Positions 47,479 to 58,015 of a DNA stretch of 64,000 nucleotides are shown one piece after another. A program made the position numbers and the translations under genes. How positions within the stretch are numbered: the stretch's first letter is position 1; each line of letters opens with the position of its first letter. Location of the stretch: contig CM082590.2 of assembly GCA_040954595.2 (NCBI GenBank), positions 558,001 through 622,000 of the forward strand, read 5' to 3'. The notes beneath the pieces were generated by a model that had not been told where the DNA came from, did no database searches, and saw only the letters and a program-made list of their open reading frames with translations. The DNA is from Balanoglossus misakiensis. Its lineage: Eukaryota; Animalia; Hemichordata.

Positions 47479-50282
47479 GTATCCTTTCTCTCTATAACGT
47501 AGTCTATACCAAAATCTCTGTCCAAAAGGCCGATGATCATCTATGTTCATGTGCGTAATTTAGTGTGTACAAACATTACATCAAATCCATATTTCCTGCA
47601 AATTTTGCATTGAAGGCATTCAAATCATGGACTGCCATGCCCTTCGCTTCCTTTCTTATTTCATGCGCTTCGTGTAGACTTAAGTTTTGCTTTTTTTTTA
47701 CTGAATTTGCTGCCTTTCCCCTATGGTCACTGCCATCTTGTCTGTTGTTAGGACAGCACACTGCCTTATGGCATTGACTGTATATAATTTTTGTAACTAC
47801 ATGTAGAGTCTCTGGTTTGGCACATGCACATAGGACTATTGTCATCCCTTTACCCCTATTTCAACGATAAAGGTCCATCGCTGCTATTGAAATAAAAACA
47901 ATGCAGTTGGACTAAACCATGGTGGTGAAAGGGTAAAAGCCTTAGGTCCAGTTACTCCAACATTGTGCTATTTTCTCAGTATTTTTGCTGTGGGTATCAG
48001 CTGTGGTTCCTTGTTCTACTCTGAACAAATGAAGAATTGCTCAATATTTAGTTGTTTAACACAACCCTTTTGTAGTAATCAGCAGTGTTATTGTTGAAAA
48101 CTGAATTTACTGGCAAAAAGTCCTTGGCTTGGGGTGTTGTGTACTATAGAATTTTAAAGCACTTGGGTTAAATTTATAAATATGGACATGAAGGTGGAGT
48201 GGGTCACGCGCAAAGCACCATGGGGGTTCCAACGTCAGTAACCGTTCATTTGACTTTCGACTCGCCTCGAGTACACACGTTTTCAGCGTCTGGACGATCA
48301 CTTTCTTTGAACCTTTTACGTAGGATATTTTTGATTTTTGTGACACCGGACATTTAGTTGTGCACAGATTGGTACCAAGTTCGTTCTCTAAGATATTTTC
48401 GGCTCTCTTGACGTTTTTAACCGTCTATTCGGATCAATGTACTGGCCGCGGGGCTATGCGCATACGTCGACGGGGCGTAGCTGCATGATGGCCGTCGAGC
48501 GTGAAAAGCTTTACCGTAGGCCAACATACCGTTGCAGCTTTTCGATTCGTTCTATTACAGCTCAGTTTTGTTCTCAAAAAATATGTACAGTATTTTTTTA
48601 AAATCCCACACCAAACCGCAAATAAACGAAAACCAGAAGACATTTTTTTATTTTACGCACAATGAGTACAAGAAACCTACATGCATGTTTGTAAATATGT
48701 GGTTAGTTACGCAAGTCAAACGGCGCGCGTCCTTGACTACCACATAAAAAATCCTATGTAGTGCTTGAAAGAAAATTTTATTGCCACTGGAATGGTACCG
48801 AAGCAAGCGTAATGTCGTTGGTCTTTTTCAGGAACGTGTTGACTGTAATAGGGTTATTCTAAAATTTAGTATTAAAGTAAGTTGCGATCACCACGGTCTT
48901 CACATACGGATAGGGATGTGTTTACTGTTAGGCGCCTATGAGATAGTACAGTTTCTAAATACGGTGAAATCGATAAAATGAAAGGGGCGCTTTGGGGCTC
49001 CCATGCAATTTCACACACATTACATATTAGTCTTTCAAAATATACACATAACAAAGCTGTGCGCTCACTGTTTAGTCTGCCTGCTAACTTCAAACTACGT
49101 CGCCCGAGTACGATCGTTGGCAACAGTACGCCATGATGCCAGCTGACATATGATAAGGAGTGAAAAAACACCCAAAAATCACGACTCGGAACAAAATTGA
49201 TAGTAATTTCCTCACAGAAGGATGCTAACATACATGAACTTATAAAAATTGGATTGGTTTTTCGTTCGAACGGCGTTTCCTTTACATAACCTACGAAAAC
49301 ATAGTCGATTGCGCACAGAAAGCTACACACGTGACACTGCTAGGTTGACCATGTTTTGCTCATGAAGAGCGGGTTTAACCGGAAGTGACGTCGTGACCCA
49401 CACCACCTTATGGACATGTGTGTGATAGCTAACCCTTGCACTTTGACATTATCAAATTGGGCTTACACTAATTTGCGGAACGGAACGGAATAGCCACATG
49501 AAATAAAAAATAGTTTCTCCAAATCAAAAAAATTGTCCACGTTTTGCTTTTATCACCACACAGATTTTGAACGAAATGGAAAGGAATTTCGGATCGAAAG
49601 CAGAACTTCAGTATGCATATTATTTTTTGGAGTTTGTACTGTTTTTCCAAGATAAAACTTGTGTATTCTACTACAGAAAATAAGGCTGATTCCAATTTGA
49701 AACCACATCCGAGTCAAAATCTTACCTCTGGCGGGAAGGTGAAACTTTAATAATATGCATACTGAAGTTCTGCTTTCGATCCGAAATTCCTTTCCATTCC
49801 GTTCAAAATCCGTGTGGTGATAAAAGCAAAACGTGGACAATTTTTTGGATTTGGAGAAACTATTTTTTATTTCGTGTGGCTATTCCGTTCAGTTCCGCAA
49901 ATTAGTGTAAGCCATCAAATTGTAACAACAATTGTAACTTTTGTACAGGATCTCTCGAGTTTCAAAAATGCTTGAGGTTCTGTTAGATTTTTTTTTGCAT
50001 ACTTCAATACATGTTGAATTTTCTTTGTGTAAAATGTAACATCTGTCATCTTGCTGTGAAAATTGCAACATTTCAATGCTTGCATGCCTTACTCAATTCA
50101 CTTTGCTTATTTCCAGTGACTATTACATGTAAGTCAATGACTACTGGTGTATGTGACTGTAATTATTGTTGCGTAATTATGGTTAGAATGATATATGCAG
50201 GATTTTACGTTAAAGAAAGCTCTAGATCTATTGAAATCAAGATTACATTGCTGTCAAATCCTTGACTATAGCAATCCCACAG
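47479..50282 (+). other. U12-type (minor spliceosome) GT-AG intron of CUL1
   Basis: 5' site GTATCCTTT; branch site TCCTTGAC at 50259-50266, A 17 nt from the 3' end; no polypyrimidine tract; junction restores ELYT-HVYNYC. Confidence 0.93.
49460..49913. mobile_element. Mutator-like MITE, ~160-bp TIR, 9-bp TSD
   Basis: GGCTTACACTAATTTGCGGAAC...GTTCCGCAAATTAGTGTAAGCC; TSD ATCAAATTG at 49451-49459 and 49914-49922. Confidence 0.9.
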
Positions 50283-50448
50283 ACATGTGTATAATTACTG
50301 TACCAGTGTACATCAGTCTCAACAAGCGAGATCATCATCAGCAAAGAGTAAGAAAGGACAAAATATGGGTGGTGCTCAGTTTGTTGGCTTGGAGCTTTAC
50401 AAAAGACTTCGAGACTTCTTAAAGACATATTTGGTCAACTTACTCAAG
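50283..50448 (+). CDS. CUL1: CUL1 coding exon 2
   Basis: [55 protein letters not shown]; GTGAGT donor. Confidence 0.97.
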
Positions 50449-50774
50449 GTGAGTCAGTAGATATAAGGTGACACACTCTTTCACTGCAAACTTGTAGTTT
50501 CTTACACTGCAGTCCCTGACCATGGTAACTACAAACTGACATTGAAATACAGTGCAAGACTACCTACAATTACAAGGTGGCACCTATACAGTGAAGAGTA
50601 GCATTTCTTCATGCACTATCACTCAGTATCTACAAATCAGTCAAATTAGGATATTAATCCTGTTGGCTGAAAGGTGGCACACTTTCACTGCTAACCTGTA
50701 GTTTCTTGTACTGCAGTCCCTGGCTATGCTAAATGCAATCTTACACAGAAATACATCAGTGCATTACTAAGTAT

Positions 50775-51090
50775 TATATTATACCAGTATATTGATGGTG
50801 TAAATCACGCTATTTTATTGGTCGAGACATGACACGTGATTGATATATTCGTCATATACCACAGTCATAATCACGCAAAACTCATAGTCAAAGAAAATGC
50901 CTTTTTAAAATGTTTTGTGCAAAGTTTCAATATACTGGTATAATATAATAGCAATAAAACACCCCCAGCCATGGTATACCACTCGATTTTGACCAGTTCA
51001 ACTCCATATCTGCTATCGCTCGTGCGTATATGTCGTGAACTGGTCAAAATCTTGTGGTATACCATGGCTGGGGGTGTTTTATTGCTTAAA
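50775..51090. mobile_element. Two adjacent short palindromic elements (Crypton-like)
   Basis: TATATTATACCAGTATATTGA/TCAATATACTGGTATAATATA and AGCAATAAAACACCCCCAGCCATGGTATACCAC with its reverse complement. Confidence 0.6.
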
Positions 51091-52059
51091 GGCGGAGCGT
51101 CCCTATATATAGGGGTAGCCAAATGGCGGCGTTCATTGTGTAAATTGACTCTGAAGGGTGAACAGCGGACACACGCTCCCGAGAATGCATGATTTTCCGA
51201 AGTTTTCGACCGCAAAATCCTTCACAATGCATACAAATTCCACCATGAATATGTATCCTACCGATTTATGGCGTAAATTCCCCGGACAGACGCAAATCAG
51301 GGGCGATTTTCAGCATTTTTTGGCGTCGACAGTGGCGAGTCGAGCCCACAACTTCAACCGTTGAGAATTCAAACGCGCTGTCAATCAAACGCTTGTGTAA
51401 ACCGAGGCGCTAATCGAACGCATGTTTACGTAATCTCCATCTGTGTTGTTTCTGTATAAGCAGTAAACACTGCTAATTGCCCTGCCATCTCCTTATCTGC
51501 GTTCTGTAAACTGGAATGTGTGTTCACGAGATGGTAGATGTGCAGTTGACTGCTCACTTTTCGCGGTCATGGCTGTAAAATGCACGAGTTGATCAACTCG
51601 ACGTAAAATGCAAACCTTTTCTACTACATGTACTACTACTATCACGAAAAAAAAAAAAAACGTTTGTCATACAATTTCACAGGATTCTCTGACCAAAGAT
51701 TCTTTGGGCCTGAAAAGAGTAGTTTGACTCGTCTTCTCGAAAAGAAGTGTTTTATGTTCACGGTGATTATGCCCACCGATGTCCGACATACGGTAACCGG
51801 GGCAAGATACAAAGATCGGACGACGGAAGTAACGCACAACTTTGCGCCTTGTTACAAAATATCGCCAGCCGCTTTTTTGAGATATATCTCTCGTCACGCC
51901 AATCATATCTCCAATCTAGCATGATCCAGAACTTTTTGCACAGAGTAGAAAAGAGACCATCTCTACTGTCTATGATTGTCAGCCGTCAGAGCGATCAAGC
52001 TCTCTGTAACAACAGTGCTCATATGTAGCTAACTGGCTGGACGATCGTTTTCGTCATCT

Positions 52060-52080
52060 CATAGACCTCTAGGGTCTATG
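52060..52080. mobile_element. Probable excision footprint of the CATAGACCCTAGAG P-like family
   Basis: GTCATCT-CATAGACC/TCTAGGGTCTATG-GTCATCT: 7-bp TSD around only the TIR tips of the 24539-25478 family. Confidence 0.85.
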
Positions 52081-52348
52081 GTCATCTGCAGGCTATAGGC
52101 CTACTACCAGTAGCACAAATTGACGATCTGTTTTTTCGCTAATCTATGGGCCCAGCACCCGGGGCTCTTACCCGGGCAAGTACGGTACATGACAATTAAT
52201 TTTCGCGTTCTTGTATTTTACTAACTTCATTGTTATCTCCTGAAAACATTTTTATGCGGCTTTTTATTTTTTAGTCTTTTTGGCTTCTGCGTAGTTTGTG
52301 AAAATTTCCTGTTTTACAGTATTGATATAATGTACCCCCTTTTTTTAG

Positions 52349-52516
52349 GATGGCACTGAACTAATGGATGAGAGTGTTCTGACGTTTTACACCAAGCAAT
52401 GGGAAGATTATCAATTCTCCAGTAAAGTATTGAATGGAGTGTGTGCCTATCTGAATCGTCATTGGGTGAGAAGAGAATGTGATGAGGGACGCAAAGGAAT
52501 ATATGAAATATATTCA
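52349..52516 (+). CDS. CUL1: CUL1 coding exon 3
   Basis: [56 protein letters not shown]; TAG acceptor, GTAAGT donor; 168 nt. Confidence 0.98.
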
Positions 52517-53671
52517 GTAAGTCATTTACATGTAGTCATCATGTTAACCCATATCCTGCCAAGTTGGTTGAACTGGTTTGACTTCCAGGGGGCCTAAACT
52601 TCTGGCATCCGGGCATGTTAATATGCCAAGTGTGTGTTACTCAGTGGGGTAACCAGTAACTATAACTTTTGATGATTATTTCTTGATTTTTTTCTTCTAC
52701 ACAACTACTATTGTAACACACCTCACCCACAGTCTGTGTTCTCATTCGTCAATCGATAGTCACGTGGTATGCGTTCGTTTTGTGCTGATCCATATACAAC
52801 GATGTCATCAGTTGTCGGAACTGTTGCCCGCCGAGCATCAGTTTCGAAAAATGATGCGCACTCACTTCAAAAACAACATATTGCGCATGCGCGAAACAGA
52901 AAGTAAACAAAGGTGTCGTCTGTGGCCCAGGGAAACAATAGTCAAGAAATTTCACCATACACTTTGTGTGTCGTGAGTTCTTATGCATAGCTGCTGATGA
53001 GATGTGTTACAAAACACATATTGACTGGCTTTTCGGGCATCAGCATACATCTTTCACCCCTCAGGACTGTGAGTCACCCCCAAAACAGACTGTTTCACTC
53101 GGCCTTCGGCCTCTGGAAACAGTCTGTTTTGGGGGTGACTCGCACTCCCTCGGGGGACGTATGCTGATGCCTTCATGGCCAGTCATCATGTGTTTACTCA
53201 GGGCTCGCATTCGTATATTTCTTGCATTTTCACGCAAAACTACAATGTGTGCACGCATATATTTTGTCACGGTTTTGTGACATGCATGCAAAAAAAATCC
53301 ATTGAAAGAAAACAGAATGGGCAAGGCTATCTGGGGTGCCTTGTCTAGGTTGGCTGGTCAGGTGCCCTGTACACATGTACGCATACGTGCTTGTATGCTG
53401 TAGCAGGATGCACAGTGATGTACATGAGGTAACCTAGGCCACAAACTTGGCATGTATCGGCGCTATAATTTATGCACGCAGAAACCATTAGATATAACAA
53501 AGCAAGTAGGGCTTCCTGGTCTTTTTCCTTGATGATAACACAAGATTTGCTACCTTGTCTGTACTAATGCGTATGGGGAGGGGGGGGGGGGGGAGAGAAA
53601 CCACTTGCAACACGATCCTTTTCATGATGTTTATGTACTTCATTTGCTATACATTGTAAATGATACTTTAA

Positions 53672-54175
53672 AGGCACGTAAGCTGTAACTTTTGGGATAA
53701 TTTTCATAATTTTTGTTTCACACTGCACTACCATTAGTCCATGCAGATGAAGGCAGTGAACTATACACAAGCATTATAAACCCTAAATATGAGTGCATAT
53801 GCAAGTTTTAACCAGATAAATAATAAAGCTTTGCCGCAAGCGATTATGGCCGCCACCGTGGGAAAATGAAAGAAACAATGAAAATGTCGCATTTCCGGTT
53901 GTGAAACTTCATAAACAAAACATGATCTCATCCACTTTAGCTCATGGAAGTAAATGTACACCACTGAGACATCAGATTTTCAATTTTCATTGCAATATTG
54001 CACTTTTTTAAAAATTACAGGAATTTTTGTTTTTCTTTAATTTTTGGCCATTTTGTCATAAATAAGTGTTGAGCTTGATATATTATCATGAAATAGCATT
54101 TAATAGATATAATTAAAAGCATATATGAGATTATTTAAAACTTTAATTTTTTATCCAGTTGCAGCTTACGTGCCT
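53672..54175. mobile_element. Kolobok-type MITE
   Basis: TTAA-AGGCACGTAAGCTGTAACT ... AGTTGCAGCTTACGTGCCT-TTAA. Confidence 0.9.
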
Positions 54176-55568
54176 TTAACTTGAAAGTTCATTTTTTGTG
54201 TTTGGCTGGCTAGGCAGGAAGCGAGAACTCATTCAAGTTGTTACTTATCTGAAAGCATGCTTGTCAATGTCTATTGTTACTTTGTTGCATGTAATTCAAA
54301 TACAATTTCACGCAATTTTTGAGGGCTCTTTGAGTGCACTATAAAAAATAAAATTTATTGCTCTGGGGAGAACACTGATAGTGCCATGTAATGATGTTAT
54401 TGTTGATTTCAATCCAGATTAAAATTCAGTTCCACAATAACATTGCTGGCACTGTATTGACTGTGGTGACAAGCTGCATACTTGGCATATCTATCAACAG
54501 GATGTAGGTAGTAGAACAAGAAACTAGGTGACAAAGAGAACAAAAAATAATGAAAATATCAAAGTTATGTAGATACGTTCTGTAACACACAGGCATGAGA
54601 GGAAATAATACTCGACTCATGTAACACAGCCATTATGTCACTCATATTTTCCCCAGTTGAATTAACGAAAACGGAGCGTGCGTTCATGTCTACGAGATGC
54701 CTCGTGTGTCTGTCCTGTCAGCTCGTCTGAGAAAACAATAAAATTCCCGAGAAATAATAACACGAAATCCAAAGCTATTGTGATAACATTTCTTCGATTC
54801 TATTTGGCTGCCGTGTAACATCGCGTCCGTTTGACACCGACACAAACGTAGCATAACTCACAGGTAAATACGATTAAAAACAATGATTTTAACACTAACC
54901 TTCCTGTTCCACAATATCTGCGGTTTCTATGGCGCTCAAATCTCACGATATGTGCAATTTTAAAGCCAACTGGGGTATTATTCCTCTCGTTTTAGCCACG
55001 AAAACTGGGCAGACGACATGATGCGAAACAGCTTGTTCACACTCAGTTGACATCGCATGATTTCAGAGCGCGCATACATGCGTAAAATTGCTACAATGTT
55101 GTACGTAAATAAACTCGGTCTCCAACTCGCGTTGGGTTTCGAGCGAAGTTTTGTACCTTAGATCTGTCGTACACACGCCACCAGACTCACCGGGTAACAA
55201 GGTTTTAAATAGTGTTAACTATACCCGTGTTTTTTTTGTGAATATGTAGAAAATCTCCAACCGATAGCGTTTTAACGTTTGCATTTTTAGATATAGGCCT
55301 ATCTTTTTGATACACTCACTTTGAAAAATGATGTCTGTAGTGCTAAATGAAAAATCTGAAGAATCGGGAATGATTGTACAGAAAATCAACCCGTGCTTAC
55401 TAAATTTATAAATTGTTTATATAATTCTTTAAACCCCTAACTGGTAATAATAATAACAATAAGAAAGACAATTTATAATGCGGCTAATCTCTGATAATCA
55501 GTGCTGGAGGTGTGGGATGGCAAAAAGGAAACTCAAGTAGGGCTTCCTGATCATGTTCCTTTAATATA

Positions 55569-55776
55569 CTGTAAAACACTTTATTTTCGCGAGTCACAAT
55601 TTTCACGATATCGAGAGAGTCCACTGTTTCACGAGTATTAATTTTTGCGTTCTCTTATTTCATTCACTGCATCGTTATCTTCAAAAAAAAATTACGCGAC
55701 TTTTTATTTTCACGCTATTTTGGCTCTCGCGTATTTCGCGAAAATTTATTGCTCGCGAAAAAAAAGTGTTTCACAG
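55569..55776. mobile_element. Tc1/mariner-type MITE
   Basis: TA-CTGTAAAACACTTT...AAAGTGTTTCACAG-TA; same family as 15021-15222. Confidence 0.85.
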
Positions 55777-56626
55777 TAACACAAGAATTCGCTACCTTGC
55801 AGTGTTTCCTCTGGGTTTCAAAATCTTCTAGCAATTTGGCTAACAGATCTTAAAATTTACTAGCCAAACTTGAGTTTGCATTAGCCAAACCAATGTTGCA
55901 GCAACAACTGATCAGGTTGTACTGGAGAAGCCTGCATTGGTGCATGTAATTTTAAGGAATTGCATTATACTGTTACTGTGTGTGTATGCAGTCATGTTTA
56001 TCAAAGCCAGTGAAAATAATCAGAGATTTTGATGTAGATTTGGCTGGGTTAAACTAAAACTGGACACATTAATTGAATGGCTGTACAAGAACAAGTTTGA
56101 AAACAATATTTGCTGTTTTTCTCTCTTTATTGGATAACATGACAGCAGCATGCAAGACATGCTATGACTACGCGAGTACTTGACAATCTTTCTGTGAGCT
56201 TAAAGCCATGATTTGTGTCCTGATAAAATCAACAAATTAATGATAGAAACAACTGTTTTGCTGCTATAAAAAAAGTGAAGAGATGCCTTCCATTTATGCT
56301 TCTTTTTGATATCACTGCGGCTCCTGAAGGCAGACATCGCAAGTGTCTGCTGTCTGCTATCCTGTGTACAAGTATTCTGCAGACGCGTTGGGAGCTCCAA
56401 CAAACGTTGCTAAATCTTTTGTTAAGTTTAAATTATTTGTTGTAAAATGCCTACCCACAGCTGAGCAACTTGTTGCAATTTGTACCTGTTACCATGGCTA
56501 TAAAATGGGGCTATTTGGAGGATGCGTGTTTATATGTAAAGATTGCTGGTGCACTGAATGAAATGGGCAATGCGTACTGCACTTGACAGCGTGCAGAGCT
56601 GCTGTAAATGGTTACTATTACGTCAT

Positions 56627-56698
56627 TAGTCTCGGTTACCCAGACCCCCCTGCTTCTTCCGTCGGAAGAAAGCAGGGGGGTCTGGGTAACCAAGACTA
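56627..56698. mobile_element. 72-bp hairpin MITE, TAG...CTA ends, 9-bp TSD (AcademH-like)
   Basis: Near-perfect palindrome TAGTCTCGGTTACCCAGACCCCCCTGCTT...; TSD TTACGTCAT on both sides. Confidence 0.88.
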
Positions 56699-57172
56699 TT
56701 ACGTCATGGCTTATTTTGGCTTCGCAAGTTTGGCTAATCGGTATAAAAAAATTCTCGCAAAATGCTACTTTTTTCTCAATTTTGTGATTTGGCGAGTGGG
56801 TAGTGCGTATTGGGGGGGGGGGGGAGAAACCAACATGCGTGTTGGTTTAGCCCTGAATACATGTACTTCATTTGCTACTTTGTAAATGGTACTGTAGCTT
56901 GAAAGTTCATTTATGTTGGGCTGGACAGGAACAAGAACTAATTCAAGTTGTTACTTATCCGATAGCCAGCTTGTCTATTGTTATTATAATTCAAATACAA
57001 TTTCACAAAAAAAACAAAACAATTTTAGTTGTTTGGATGCACTGCACGTGAACAATACAATATCAAACGCAAGGCCTAAAAATATTAGTGAATGTTTACG
57101 TACTGGAGAGAGTCTAACCAACGTATGTCCCATTCTCAAGAATTCATCGTTATCTCGTGTTTATTTTCACAG

Positions 57173-57223
57173 CTTGCTCTTGTTACATGGAGAGAACATC
57201 TCTTTAAACCTCTGAATAAGCAG
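57173..57223 (+). CDS. CUL1: CUL1 coding exon 4; gene continues beyond the window
   Basis: LALVTWREHLFKPLNKQ; CAG acceptor, GTAAG donor; 51 nt. Confidence 0.96.
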
Positions 57224-57502
57224 GTAAGATCACCAATCCTTGATGAATTCACCATGAATTGAATTATGCTGAAGTCTATAACTCACACATGCCTGTACAA
57301 AAATAGTCTACCAAGATGTGGCTCACACACATGCATTTGATACGCTTCTGAAATGTCTCAGGTCAAATACTGACATACATTGTTGTGTGTGAATGGTTTA
57401 AGTGGTCCTGTAATGTTTCAGATTTGAATGGCTTTGCCGGCCAAACTTGAGCCGGTGTAAAGGATAAACATCTCTCTGCAACACGTCTATGGGGCAAGGT
57501 CT

Positions 57503-57918
57503 TAGCCCGGAGAATACAAGGCCCGGGGACAGTCGAGAAATTTCCTGCTGAGCTGAAAGATAGTAGCCCTGGCAACGATCAGGGTCACTTAGTAACGAAT
57601 GGATAACGAGTGATCTATCAAATGTTGACGGGCGCCAGTGGTTGGATGATATAATTAACAAAGCTTGGTTATGAATATTCATACACCTTCAAAAACACTT
57701 CCACATCCCGTTGCGGGAATTTCACTCATGACTCCACCTCTATTTCCTTATTTAGAATGCGATGATGTCATTTGGTTTACACATTGTTACATTGAGTGAC
57801 CAATTAGCTTACACACAAGATTTACCACCCGTGTCGTTCTGCGCACAGAATTCGGTGCGTAAATAGAGACTGTCCCCGGGCGTTCCTTTTCCCCTACTAC
57901 GCCTGTGTCTCCGGGCTA
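57503..57918. mobile_element. AcademH-like MITE, copy of 21699-22111 with a deletion in the left TIR
   Basis: TSD GCAAGGTCT at 57494-57502 and 57919-57927. Confidence 0.88.
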
Positions 57919-58015
57919 GCAAGGTCTATGCTTAGCTGTATGTGTGGACACAAAGCGACCTAAAGGATCAGTCAGAATATCTGTATTCACAATTGGCAAA
58001 TAGTGTCACTGTAAT

